A stretch of DNA of 64,000 bases from an uncultured Chthonomonadaceae bacterium (GCA_963817895.1 CAWFQB010000004.1:128001-192000), one strand, 5' to 3'; positions 29,694 to 41,365 are shown, counted from the stretch's first letter. Numbers and translations are program-made. Notes: generated from the letters alone by a model not told the origin.

Positions 29694-30721
29694 GCCTGGT
29701 TGCCGAAGCGGGCGCAACGACCGGGATTGGCCGCGCCTGTGATGCGGTGCAACTGAGCCGCGCCCGCTTCTACCGGGAGCAACACGCTGGTACGGGCACA
29801 ATCCAAGAAGGCGTCCTTGTTCCCAAAGCACAACGGGGTTCTCCTCGCCGCTTGTCGGAAGAGGAACGCGCCCTGTTGCTCAATCTACTCTTGTCGGAAC
29901 GCTTTGTAGACGCTTCGCCCCGGCAGGTGTATGCGCAATTGCTGCAAGAAGGCGTGTATCACGCTTCCTATCGCACGATGTATCGCCTGCTGCACGAACA
30001 CCAAGCCATCTGTGAGCGTCGGCGGGTTCGCAGGCATCCGGCGTATAGCAAACCTGAACTTAAGGCAACCGGCCCTAATCAGGTGTGGACATGGGACATC
30101 ACCTACTTGAAGACGCCCATTCGGGGTCGCTTCTATTACTTATATGTGGTTATGGACATCTACAGTCGTTATGTGGTCGGCTGGATGCTCGCAGACCGGG
30201 AGTGTCAATACCTGGCGCACAAGCTGCTGCAAGAAACCTGTCGTAAATACAACATCGCGCCTAACCAACTCACCCTCCATGCGGATCGCGGCGGGCCGAT
30301 GAAAAGCCAGTCGGTAGCGCAGCTCTTACTTTCGTTGCAGGTGACCCGTTCGCACAGCCGCCCGCGTGTCAGCAACGACAACCCGTACTCGGAAGCCGGG
30401 TTCAAAACGATGAAGTACAGCGCCTACTTCCCGGAGCGCTTTAGCAGCCAGGAAGACGCGCAGACGTTCTGCCAGGACTACTTTGTCGGGTACAATACGT
30501 GCCACCACCATACCGGCTTGGTGTTGCTTACGCCCGAACAGGTGCATTTCGGCGAAGCAACGCAGGTATTGGCGCAGCGGCAAGTCACGTTAGATAACGC
30601 CTATGCCGCGCATCCGCAACGCTTTCGAGAGCGTCCGCAGGCGGGGCAGTTACCCGACGTCGTCTGGATCAATGCGCCTGCGTTGCCCGTTGGCGAAGGC
30701 ACAGCACCGGTTGCCGGTTGA
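29690..30721 (+). CDS. IS3 transposase OrfB (rve/DDE)
   Basis: PNQVWTWDITY, HADRG, DNPYSEA.F; lies in the -1 frame relative to OrfA. Confidence 0.92.
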   Translation: MSLVAEAGATTGIGRACDAVQLSRARFYREQHAGTGTIQEGVLVPKAQRGSPRRLSEEERALLLNLLLSERFVDASPRQVYAQLLQEGVYHASYRTMYRLLHEHQAICERRRVRRHPAYSKPELKATGPNQVWTWDITYLKTPIRGRFYYLYVVMDIYSRYVVGWMLADRECQYLAHKLLQETCRKYNIAPNQLTLHADRGGPMKSQSVAQLLLSLQVTRSHSRPRVSNDNPYSEAGFKTMKYSAYFPERFSSQEDAQTFCQDYFVGYNTCHHHTGLVLLTPEQVHFGEATQVLAQRQVTLDNAYAAHPQRFRERPQAGQLPDVVWINAPALPVGEGTAPVAG

Positions 30722-30937
30722 GTGGCGAGGAATGACTGCTCGCTACATAAAAATACTTTCGCTTTTTGTCTCAAAATCCTTGACACATTCCGCAGCAGTA
30801 TTTTATCTGTCTGAGAGTTAGCAGGCGGATGATCTGTAGGTATGGAATTGATAGCAATCTAATCATTCGAACTCAAGGTTCCAGTTTCATATATGAGCGA
30901 CAGCGGTAATTCCGGTAGAATCAGGACCGAGAGTGTC

Positions 30938-33900
30938 ATGGATACACAACATTGCTTGCAGGCGCTAGCGGCACATGGCATTACAGAAGCCGATAGCGCT
31001 ATGCTGTTGCCTCTATTGTTGGATGGATTGCGTCTCAGCCCCGACTCGGATCGCGCTTTTGCCGCGTTTGAACGCTGGCTTGCCGCGCTGGAAACGCCAC
31101 GCGACTATCTGCCCCTGTTGCAATCGCTGGATGTCCTCAACCGCTTCTGCCTCGTCACCGGAAGCAGTCAGTATTTTGCCGACCTGCTGATTCGTAATCC
31201 TGACGATATTCATATTCTTGTACACCCGGAAGGCTATGGCGAACGGGAGACGCCCGCGCATCGCTATCGCGAAGTCTCCCGACTGATGGAGGGCTGCGAC
31301 ACACCCGAACAGCAGCGCGACGTTCTGCGCCAGTGGAAAGCCCGCGAGATGCTGCAAATCGGTGTGCGCGACCTGCTCGGACTGGACGATATGCCCACAG
31401 CCGCCCGCGAATTTTCTAATCTGGCCGATGCTTGCGTACAAATGGCGCTGGAGATTGCATACGCGACGCTGGAGGAGAAAGGAGAAGGGAAAAAGGAAAA
31501 AGCAACGGATAGTGGGTCTTTCTCCTTTCTCCTTTCTCCTCTCTCCTCTCCTCTGACCGTTTTTGCTCTGGGCAAGCACGGCGGGCAGGAACTCAACTAC
31601 AGCAGCGACATTGATCTGATTTTCGTTCATGCCGATGGATTGCCCGCTTACATCACATTGGAAAGCGGCAGGCGAATGGAATCGCCTGCGTATCTTGCGA
31701 AATTGGCGGAAACGTTGATTAGCGTTTTGAGTGAAGACGGCGGGCAGGGGAATGTGTTCAGGGTAGACATGCGCTTGCGCCCGGAGGGACGGTTTCGGGG
31801 CGTTATCGCGGTCGCTGACGGGGTATCGCGCTTATTATGAAAAGTGGGCGGAAAACTGGGAGCGGCAGGTGTTGCTTAAAGCGCGGTTTGTAGCCGGAAA
31901 TCGCGCGCTTGGCGACGCTTTTATGGCGATGATTGCGCCGCTTGTGTACCGCCGCCAGATTTCGAGCGCGTTTCTCAATGATATTCGTGTCAACAAACGG
32001 CGTATCGAGCAGACCTGCGCCAAAAAGGGCGAAACCGAAACCAACATCAAAACGGGGTGGGGCGGCATCCGCGATATTGAATTTATCGTACAACTGCTGC
32101 AATTAGAGTTCGGGGCTACGCATCCGCGTTTGCGAACTCCCAATACGCTTACAGCCCTGCGTCGCCTGAACGAAGCCAACTTTTTGACGGATAAGCAGAC
32201 CGAAGACCTGGAGGATGATTACCGGTGGCTGCGAACGCTGGAACACCGGCTTCAACTGCTGCACAACTTTCAAACGCAAACTCTGCCGCCCGAATCCAAA
32301 CCACAGGAGCGCGAGTCTTTAGCCCGTCGTATGGGCTTTGCCGATCTTGAAAATTTTGAGGCGGAACTGAAAACTCGCCGGACGCGCGTTCGTAACTATC
32401 TGGACACGCTGTTTTACGATCAGGAACGCCGCTTTTTCCCCGCAATGCCCGCTGCTGTTGATCCCCTCTGGAAGGATGTTTCCATACTCCTTGCCGATCT
32501 GGAAGGGGAAGAAGGGCAAATACAACTGCGCGAGAAATTGACGCAGGCCAGTTTTCGGGATGCATCCAACGCCCTGCGCCTGCTGGAACTCATGCGCCAC
32601 AGTCAAGAGTTTCAGGACGCGCCGCCGGTTGTTTCCGAACGGTTCCTGAATCTCGCGCACTCTCTGCTGGACACGATTGCGCATAGTCCCGACCCTGACG
32701 CGGCTCTGGCGGGCATCGAAGCGCTTGCCGTGCCATATCGCGACCCGCTGTACATGCTGTTCGAGGGCCGTCCCGATATTATGTGGCGGCTTGTCCGGCT
32801 TGCCTGCGTCCCCGTCCTTATCAATAGCCTCGCGAAACATCAGGAGTGGCTGTACCCTCTGCTCAACGAGGATGAAGCGGTTCCCGAAGCCCTGCGCGAA
32901 CCGGGCGAAGATACGGAAAACAGCGAAACTCTTTCCGCCCGCTATGTGCAGGAGTTGTCCGGTCGTATCGGCAAACTGCGCAATCGGGACGCGCAATGGA
33001 AGATGATCGCCCTGTTTTATCAGCGGGAACGGCTGCGTATCGGGGCGCGGGACGTATGGGATGAGGCCGATGTTGCCGACGTGATGAAACGCCTGACCCG
33101 ATTGGCCGAGTCCACGCTGCATATTCTGCTGACGCTATGCGCCCAATCGCGGGCTGAAGCGCATCCTCGCCCCGAATGGGCGCAAACCGTCCTGAACCGG
33201 GTTGCCATAGTCGGGCTTGGACGATTGGGCGGGGCGGAACTCAATTACAGCAGCGATTGGGACATGCTGTTCGTGTATGACGTGGAACGCCCGCGCGATG
33301 ACGAATCGCGCGGCGAACGGAACGCCCTTGCCGCCGGGTTAGCGCAGGACGTACTCGCCGCCATTGACGCGCTGAACCTGCGGGGCGCGAATATCGAGGT
33401 AGATTTGCGCTTGCGCCCGTGGGGAAGCAAAGGCAATCTGATTTATACCACGCGCGGCTATCTGGATTATTTCAAAAATCACGCCGAAACATGGGAGCGG
33501 CAGGCGGTGTTGAAATCGCGTTATGTGGCAGGCAATCCAACCGTAGGCAGGCGATTGGAGCGCGTGTTGCGGGCCGTCAGCGCGGGCAGAGGCGTAACGC
33601 CCGAAGAGGAATCTGCCATCCACGCCATGAAAACCCGCATCGAAACGGAACGCTTAAAACCACAGGAACGCGAAACCGATTTGAAACTCGGCAACGGCGG
33701 CCTGAGCGACATAGAATGGCTGGCGCAACGGCTGCAATTACGGCACGGCCCGCAGCACCCGAATGTTCGCGCAACCTCCACGCTACGCGCCCTTGACGCG
33801 CTGGAAACCCTTCACGCCCTCGACCGCTCGGAAGTCAACGTTCTCACATCCGCGTACCGCCTCCTGACGCGCGTTCGCAACGCCATGACCCTGCTTGCCG

Positions 33901-34064
33901 GAACCCCGACCAACGTATTCCCCGCCGACCCGCAGCGCAGGCGCGTCCTTGCCCGTTTGCTCGGCTACGAAGACCGCCTCGTCGTCCGCGCCGAACAGAT
34001 GCTGCAAGAGGACGTGCAGGCCGACATGCAGGAAGTCCGCCGCATCTTCAGCCGGAGATTTTGA
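30938..34064 (+). CDS. glnE: Glutamine synthetase adenylyltransferase (frameshift near 31800)
   Basis: Two NTase domains: GKHGGQELNYSSDIDL...VDMRLRPEG and GRLGGAELNYSSDWD...VDLRLRPWG; GGIRDIEF. Confidence 0.92.
31472..31551. repeat. In-frame heptamer hairpin (GGAGAAA)n/(TTTCTCC)n in glnE
   Basis: Encodes EEKGEGKKEK...SFSFLLSPLSSP. Confidence 0.85.
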
Positions 34065-34069
34065 AATCC

Positions 34070-34334
34070 ACCACCCGCTGCGCTAGAGACACAGAGAGGG
34101 AACACAGAGAGAAGATACAAGATACGAGAGAAGAGAACGAACCGCAAAGGGGCAAAGGAACGCAAAGTGGAACCCACAAGCACAACAAGAGTTAATGACT
34201 GATTTCCAGAGGCTTCTGTATTCCTTTCTCTTTTCTGTTCTTTGCGTTCTTTGCCCCTTTGCGGTTCTCCTCTCTTTGTCTTTCTCGTATTGGCTTTTCC
34301 TCGGTGTCTCGGTGTCTCTAGCGCAGCGGGTGGT
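34070..34334. repeat. Nested nonamer-arm long inverted repeat
   Basis: Outer ACCACCCGCTGCGCTAGAGACAC.. / ..GTGTCTCTAGCGCAGCGGGTGGT; inner (CGCAAAG..)x3 / (CTTTGCG..)x3. Confidence 0.92.
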
Positions 34335-34403
34335 AAATTCTTGTATAGCGGTTTGGCAGCGGAATGGGTATACTTTGGACATATTGCGGGGGCAGGGGGA
34401 AGT

Positions 34404-35084
34404 ATGGCGCAGGCGGGCATCATCGGGTTATTGTTGGCGGGGAGTTACCTGCTCGGTTCCATACCGTTCGGGCTGTGGCTGGTCAAGAAGTGGAAGGGCG
34501 TGGACATCCGCGAGGTGGGCAGCGGCAACATCGGCTCTACCAATGTCGGGCGCGTAACCGGGCCGTTGGGGTACGCCATTGTCTTCGCGTTTGACGTGTG
34601 CAAAGGACTTGTGCCGCCCCTGGTCGCGCTGTACGCGTTGCATCTAAGCGCTGGTTGGCAGGTAGCAAGCGCGTTGTGCGCGATCATCGGGCATAACTAC
34701 TCCATATTTTTGGGCGGCAAGGGCGGCAAGGGGATCGCGACGAGTTTGGGCGCGTTGCTTGGCGTGATGCCCCTCGTAGGCATTGCCGCGCTGGGAATTT
34801 TCCTGCTGGAACTGCTGACGTTGCGCTGGGTATCGCTTGGTTCCATTCTCGCCGCGCTGTCGCTGCCGTTTCTCACCCTATGGCTGCATCCCGGCGACCC
34901 GTACCGACTGGCGTTCGCCTGCGCCGCCTGCGTCCTCGCCGTCTACAAGCACCGCGCCAACATCCAACGCCTGCGCGCGGGCATCGAACCTAAAGTCTGT
35001 ATGCCGTGGCAGAAACGCGCTGCTAACCCGCCTGTACTCACCCCTGAGATCGAAGCAGCCGCCATCAACACAAACGGGGACTAA
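34404..35084 (+). CDS. plsY: Glycerol-3-phosphate acyltransferase PlsY
   Basis: YLLGSIPFG, DIREVGSGNIGSTNV, GGKGIAT, HRANIQRL. Confidence 0.94.
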   Translation: MAQAGIIGLLLAGSYLLGSIPFGLWLVKKWKGVDIREVGSGNIGSTNVGRVTGPLGYAIVFAFDVCKGLVPPLVALYALHLSAGWQVASALCAIIGHNYSIFLGGKGGKGIATSLGALLGVMPLVGIAALGIFLLELLTLRWVSLGSILAALSLPFLTLWLHPGDPYRLAFACAACVLAVYKHRANIQRLRAGIEPKVCMPWQKRAANPPVLTPEIEAAAINTNGD

Positions 35085-35098
35085 AATTAAGAAGCACC

Positions 35099-37757
35099 AT
35101 GGAAAATACAGCCCCATTCGAAAATTCTAAATCGAAAATCGAAAATCCTTATGTTGACTCGCTGTGGGAAGAGTATGCCGAGATTGATATTGCGGATGTT
35201 GTGGTAGATATTGACGCGCCGGATTTGCAGGATTCGTACTCGTACCGCGTTCCTGAAATTTTGCAAAATACGCTTGTCGCAGGCGCGTGTGTGCATATCC
35301 CGTTTGCGGGGCGGGAGACTTTGGGCTACGTGCTGGCGCGGCGCAAACTGCCCTCCAACGATCCGCTGTGCGGCAAACTGAAAAGCATTATCGGGATTGT
35401 GGAAGACGCCATAACCATCAATTCCGAACAACTGCACATCATTCAGTGGATGAGTCAGCGGTATGTGTGCGATCTGCTGGACGCGCTGCGCTGTGTCGCG
35501 CCCGCGAATTTAGGCGCGCGGGTGGCGACGGTTGCGCGGCTGGCGGATACAAGTTACCGGGGCGTAGATGTAGGCGCGTCCATTCCGCAGGCGCATGTTC
35601 TGGAAACGTTGCGGGCATTGGATGGCGAGGCGGAGGTGGACGCCCTGCGCGAAGCCGCGCATCTGCCCAACTTTGCGGGCGCGTATGCCGCCCTGCTGAA
35701 AAAAGGATTGCTGATCGAATCCCGCACCATTGTTCGCGCCAAAACAGTGGGCAAAATGCGTCGGGCGTACACACTGGGCGCGGCGGCAGTCGCGCTGACA
35801 CAGGGCGGGAGCGTGGGCAACCGCAGCCCGCAGCAGCAGCGCATCCTCAACGAACTGGTACAACGCGCCCGCCACAATGAAGGCCCCATTCCCGGCGATG
35901 AACTGGTACGGGTCAGTCAGGCGTCTGCCCGCGTCCCTGCGCGGACTGGTGGACAAGGGACTGGTGCAGGCGCATGAGATCATGGTGCGCCGCGCGCCCG
36001 TATCCGCGTCCGGCGAACGCACGGTCGCGCCCGTTCTCACGCCCGGACAGCAGAACGCGACGGACAAATTACGCGCCTGTCTGGAAAGCGGCGAAACGCA
36101 AACCGTTCTGCTGTTCGGCGTCACGGCAAGCGGCAAAACTGAAGTGTATCTCAATGCCATTGCGCACACGCTGGAACAGGGCCGTAGCGCGATTGTGCTT
36201 GTGCCGGAAATCGCGCTGACCGCGCAGATCGTGGATACGTTTGTCGGAAGGTTCGGCGAACAGGTGGCCGTTCTCCATTCCAAATTATCCGAAGGCGAGC
36301 GGCACGACGAGTGGAGGCGGATGCAGGCGGGCAAGGCGCGTATCGTGGTCGGCGCGCGTTCCGCCATTTTCGCGCCTGTGCAAAATGTCGGTCTGATCGT
36401 GATGGATGAGGAACACGAGGCGTCCTACAAGCAGGAGAACACCCCCCGTTATAACGCCAAAGACCTCGCCATGGAACGCGCCCGCCTGAGCCGCGCCACG
36501 CTTGTTCTTGGCAGCGCGACGCCTTCGTTGGAGAGTTACTTTGCGGCTACGCCACAGGGAGTAGGGAGTAGGGAGTGGGGAGTAGGAAAAACCAGCGCGC
36601 GTATCGAAGAGCCGCGAGACTCGTATGCAGCGAAAAACCATCATAAAGCGAACTCCTACTCCCCACTCCCTACTCCCTACTCCCTTATCACCATGCCTGA
36701 CCGCATAGACAACCGCCCCCTGCCCCGCGTGGAGGTGGTGGATTTGCGCGAAGAGTTTAAGAAGCAGAAGACGTTGTTTTCCGAGCGGCTGGTTGCGGCG
36801 ATGATGGAGCGATTAAAAAAGAAGCAGCAGACCATTCTGTTTTTGAACCGACGCGGCTACGCGCAATTCGTGCTGTGCCGGGACTGCGGCTGGACGGCGA
36901 AGTGTCCGAATTGCGCCGTGTCGCTGGCGTACCACAACTATGAGCGTTCGTTGAAGTGTCACCATTGCGATTACAACGGGCGCGTACCCCTGAAATGCCC
37001 GGACTGCGGCGGCATGAAGGTGAAAGCGTTCGGCATCGGCACGGAAAAGGTCGAGGAAGAGGTTTTGCGCGTGTTTCCCACCGCCCGCGTCGCCCGCATG
37101 GATCGGGATACCACTTCGCAAAAGGGGGCGCATACCCGGATTATGCGGGCATTTCGGCAGGGCAACTCGGACATTCTTATCGGGACGCAGATGGTGGCGA
37201 AAGGGCTTGATTTCCCCAACGTTACGCTCGTCGGCGTTATCAGCGCGGACACGGCCATCAACATGCCGGACTTCCGGGCAGCCGAACGCACGTTTCAATT
37301 GCTGACGCAGGTGGCGGGGCGCGCGGGGCGGGGCAACACGCCCGGTGAAGTGATTATACAAACGTTCAGCCCCGACCACTACGCGGTGCAGGCGGCCATT
37401 CAGCACGACTACCCCCGCTTTTACAAGCAGGAGATTCTATTTCGGCAGGAATTGAAGTATCCGCCGTACAGCCGTTTCGTCAACCTGATTTGCGCCGATG
37501 AGATCGAAGCCAAAGCGCAGGCGCGTTCTAACGCCCTCGTTGTCGCGCTCGAACGCCTCAACCCGCCGGATGTGGAGATCATCGGGCCAAGCCCCGCGCC
37601 GCTCGCCCGCCTGAAAAACCAGTACCGCTTCCACGTCGCCCTGCGCGCTCCGGTAGACTATCCGCTTTCCGAACTGGTGCGCTCCGCCATTGCCTGCCTT
37701 ACTCCGTCTGACCGCCTGGGCTTGTACGTGGACATTGATCCTTTGAGCATGGCGTAG
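35099..37757 (+). CDS. priA: Primosomal protein N' (frameshift near 35935)
   Basis: GVTASGKTEVY, DEEHE, GSATPS, Zn-finger CxxC pairs, GTQMVAKGLDF, QVAGRAGR. Confidence 0.95.
36556..36685. repeat. In-frame heptamer hairpin (GGGAGTA)n in priA, perfect 32-bp arms
   Basis: 36556-36587 is the exact reverse complement of 36654-36685. Confidence 0.95.
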
Positions 37758-37831
37758 ACAAATAACCCTCAACCCGGGCGTCCACAAGTGGACATACCCC
37801 TTCTCCCAAAAAAGCCTGGGAGAAGGGGAAT

Positions 37832-38594
37832 TTATTTTACAGGGGGAACAGGGCTGAAGGTGAAGGCGCGTATCACAATCTCTACTTCTTTGTTATCAGT
37901 AGGAGGCTGACCGCGAAACAGCCACAGATTTAGGTGAATGGGTAGGGGCTGCTGCGGAATCAGGCGAGTCTCGTCAGGCGTGTATTCCCAATGGCTGATC
38001 TCCTTTGTTTTGTCGTCCGTTTCGCCGCGAAATGAGCGAAAGGAGATTTGCTTGCTTTGCCACAGGAATTGATGCGTAGTGAGGTCGCCGCTGCCTGCCA
38101 GTCCGAACACGGCATGGTTATCGGGCGGACGCGCACCCGATGCCTGCCAGACGGTGAAATTGCCGACAGGAGCCAGCGCGTCGCCCCAGCGCGCGAACTC
38201 AATATCAATCTCGTTTGTGCCATCCTTCCCGACATCCGAGGTCGGATAATTGAACAGTCCCAAAACCGTATTGCGGTCAAATTGATCCAGACGCCCGGAC
38301 ACTTGAAACTGGTAGCGTCCAAAGCCGAAGCGTTGCCGCGAACGTCAGTTCCGCGCACCGCCATTCGCCCGACACATGGGAGATTTTCAGGTGCAGCCAG
38401 CCGCGCGCATCCACCCACACATTACTCGCGTCCCAATGGTTCGGCCCCGGCCCGCCCAATCCCATTCCCCGAACGTCCCACGTATAGCCGGAGAATTGCA
38501 ATCCCGCAGCCTTGCTCTGTTGGGCATAGCTGACACTGACAAGATTTAACAGGGCAGTCAATGTCAACAGAACTGCCGCAAGATTTACTCTCAA
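37832..38594 (-). CDS. GH16-like glycoside hydrolase / lectin-fold protein (frameshifted)
   Basis: FSGYTW.V, GPGPN.W...NVWVD..G.LHL, EIDIE motif. Confidence 0.65.
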
Positions 38595-38723
38595 TTGAAT
38601 TCTCTCCTTCGGAACGGCGAAATTAATCGTCGAGTGTTCCAATGCAGTCACAAATACAAAGCGCCCGTTCAAAATTCCTGCTATTGAAGGTACATTTAAC
38701 ATAAAGGATAAAGAGGAGGACAC

Positions 38724-39611
38724 ATGAACGCTTACGTTGAGGCAATTTTAACGAAGTATCTGCCGCAAATCATCAACGGGGATGCCGTTGCGGTTCCTGA
38801 TGATCCCGAAGAGATGAACTGGCGGCTGTTCTTTGCGCATAGTCAGGATATGCAGGGGTTTCGCGCCGATGTCTTTACAGGTGGATTGAATGAGGGCAAG
38901 CATCCCAGAGACTCATCATTCGTTGGTTTGCGGCCCCGGTGGGGCAAAGACAGTGTTTCGCTTATGCGCGATTTAGCCAGTCTTTGGGAGGATAGCGTGA
39001 CACGCGCCGCGTTGATGAAGAACAGTTCTCTTATGCGTTCGGAAGGGCAAAAACCAGAAGATGTAAGACCGGGAATTTCACTGCTGAGAAACAGCGGGAT
39101 TAGTGGCGCTCTTGTTTTTGCAGACACTCTGGAGACATTTCATGGCGAATGGGTAGCGCGAAAAACAAATGCCATGATACGCGCCTACATCCAAAACGCG
39201 CATCTGCTTGCGCCACAAGGATATAGTTTCCGCGCCTACTTGCAGAGCCTGTTGCCTGCTGGAGAATTTCCTCCTGCCAATGTCGAGCAAGCCGAGAAAA
39301 TATGGATAGCGCGTATACAGCAGGACTTTTATAACGTCGGCCCTGCGCTTTCACGCTATCTTATCTGTGATTGGCTGTTCTGGCTCTGGCGCGAAGAGCG
39401 AATTGAGTGGTTTACGGCCTATAAGCCGGACAGCGTACACACGCGCATTGTTGCCGAAGGCCGCTTACCCAAACAAGCTGAAGCGGACTTTGTTGGCTAC
39501 TGCAAAACGTTATTGATTCCAGAAGGGTTTGGAATATTGAGCGGCAAGCCATGCCCACCGCGCATTTTGAACGAATGTATCTGGCTGCGCGAAAACCGTT
39601 CCAGTCATTAA
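38724..39611 (+). CDS. Hypothetical protein, weak HhH-glycosylase-like motif
   Basis: Strong RBS GAGGAGG; VGPALSRY...KPDSVH. Confidence 0.6.
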   Translation: MNAYVEAILTKYLPQIINGDAVAVPDDPEEMNWRLFFAHSQDMQGFRADVFTGGLNEGKHPRDSSFVGLRPRWGKDSVSLMRDLASLWEDSVTRAALMKNSSLMRSEGQKPEDVRPGISLLRNSGISGALVFADTLETFHGEWVARKTNAMIRAYIQNAHLLAPQGYSFRAYLQSLLPAGEFPPANVEQAEKIWIARIQQDFYNVGPALSRYLICDWLFWLWREERIEWFTAYKPDSVHTRIVAEGRLPKQAEADFVGYCKTLLIPEGFGILSGKPCPPRILNECIWLRENRSSH

Positions 39612-39692
39612 TTTCGCTAGACAGTAATACTCATAATGGGGTTGTGAGCGTTGAAGTACAAGCCGCCATAATTGTGTTGGAATGTCGCTCAT
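39612..39692 (-). pseudogene. 5' remnant of an HNH endonuclease-like gene
   Basis: MSDIPTQLWRLVLQRS..YEYYC resembles HNH N-termini; ATGA overlap with the upstream gene; similarity ends where the convergent gene ends. Confidence 0.45.
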
Positions 39693-39919
39693 GGCTGTTG
39701 CGTGTTCTCTGAAATATGACGCTGTGTTCGCAGTTTCAGCAGTGATAGCCATTCCGCCATGTCCACAAGCCCTTCCGCTTCTTCCTGTTCTGCAGACGTT
39801 ATAGATTGACCCTGATCTTGTTTATCCAGCAAGTCTTGAAGGCGGCGTTGTACGCCCTGTGGCAAATGAAAGTCATTAAAGTCATCGGGCATTTCGACAG
39901 TGACAGTGGATGATGACAT
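39689..39919 (-). CDS. Small antitoxin-like protein
   Basis: MSSSTVTVEMP...QRRLQDLLDKQ...LSLLKLR; translationally coupled to the HNH remnant. Confidence 0.6.
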   Translation of the reverse strand: MSSSTVTVEMPDDFNDFHLPQGVQRRLQDLLDKQDQGQSITSAEQEEAEGLVDMAEWLSLLKLRTQRHISENTQQP

Positions 39920-39920
39920 G

Positions 39921-40780
39921 TTATTCTGCTTCCTCATCAGGTTCAGCCGTGTAGGATCTGCGATTGTCGAACAGGGCCAATTGCTGTACGATGCCGTCGT
40001 CGCCTTTGAGGTAGGTTCGGGGCGGTTCCTGATTGTCGTCCAATCCGCCCATTTTGTTGACCGCTTCGGCAATGCGCGGGACGCAGTACGTTTCCATCTC
40101 CTCGCGGATTTGCGCGGTGATAAAGCGCATGACCTGCCATCCCTGCGCGGCAAGGGCATTGTTGCGACGATTATCTTCCGGCGCGCGTTCGGTATTGATG
40201 TGCCAGAAGTCGCCGTCCGTTTCGAGATCAATCTTGCCGTCCGCGCAAAACAGGGCAAAATCCAGTTTGTACTTGCCGTCCACGACCTGAATGTCGTGCT
40301 GCCGCTCGGCGCGCATGTTAAGGCGTTTGAGTTGTTCCCATAGTTCATTTTCCAACGGGCTGTCGTCCCACAAGTCGTTGATTTCGTCTGCGGACAGCAG
40401 TTTGGAGTAGGTAGTGGGAATGAACACGATACGGCGCAGGCGCAGGCTGACATCGGAGCGGGCAGAGCATCCAGACGGTGCAGAAAGATTTGATAGTACA
40501 GTTTCTCTGATTTGGCGTTGGGAAACTCTTCAGGGAACAACTCCCGTCGCGGCACGCGGCGAATCATGCGCACCCTGCCGTGCCAGCGAACGGAATATGC
40601 CTCGTCCTTAAAGATTTTTGTCTGGTAGAAGGCGAGCCATTGCGGAGGCCAGCGGCGGGGCGCTTTATCCACCGGGATACGATACCAGAGTTGTTCCTGC
40701 ACCCGCCGCCAGTCGGTTGGGGCCCTCATAATGGCGACAAGGGCTTCGCCCCGTTTGGTTGTAGATTTGCCCACAAGCAC
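39921..40780 (-). CDS. DUF559 (Vsr-like) endonuclease with N-terminal extra domain (frameshift near 40450)
   Basis: DSPLENELW, YKLDFA...IDLETDG..WH, D.RRNNAL...GW..MRF; N-terminal WYRIP...LAFYQ. Confidence 0.78.
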
Positions 40781-40906
40781 ATCCTTCCGCTTTTTCAGTA
40801 GCGCAGGCAGTAGAAATCTGCGAGAAACGTAGATTTCAATTCCTGCCGCCCCGCGTTTTTTCCTGCATGAAGCAGCGGCAATTTATCGGAAAGGCGGAAC
40901 CGGAGT

Positions 40907-41365
40907 ATGATTGGAGAGTTTGCGGGCGAACATCGCTTTTTGTCCAACTTCTACAAGTCACCCATTGAATTTGAGGGTGACACGTACCCGACCGTAGAAC
41001 ATGCGTTTCAGGCGGCGAAAACGTCCGATGCGGAAGAACGCGCCACCATTCGCGCCAACGCCAACCCTGTTATCGCCAAACGAAAAGGGCGTCGCGTCAC
41101 CCTCCGCGCCGATTGGGAAACGGTGAAGCAGGACATTATGCGCGACCTGCTGCGCATAAAATTCGCAAATGAGGAACTGCGCGAACGCCTGCTGCAAACG
41201 GAAGATGAAGAATTGATGGAAGGCAACCGCTGGCACGACAAATACTGGGGCCGCTGTCTGTGCGCGAAATGCGACAACACAGGCCAAAACGTCCTCGGCG
41301 AATTGCTGATGCAGATGCGGCGCGAACTGATGGAAGAGGGGCAGAATAGGGCGTGTCGCAAATAG
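40907..41365 (+). CDS. NADAR (YbiA-like) family protein
   Basis: FLSNFY, PTVEHAFQAAK, KF...L...LL.T, EGN.W.D.YWG, GQN.LG.LLM. Confidence 0.92.
   Translation: MIGEFAGEHRFLSNFYKSPIEFEGDTYPTVEHAFQAAKTSDAEERATIRANANPVIAKRKGRRVTLRADWETVKQDIMRDLLRIKFANEELRERLLQTEDEELMEGNRWHDKYWGRCLCAKCDNTGQNVLGELLMQMRRELMEEGQNRACRK

Larger units (their letters stand above)
29166..30792 (+). mobile_element. IS3-family insertion sequence
   Basis: orfA/orfB; imperfect IRs TGTGCCA..TTGAGACA / TGTCTCAA..TGACACA; CAG direct repeat on both flanks. Confidence 0.85.

Noticed and set aside
39689..40780. Single 363-aa ORF in the track
   Set aside because: It is an artefactual fusion of the DUF559 N-terminus with the downstream small gene, caused by a frameshift.
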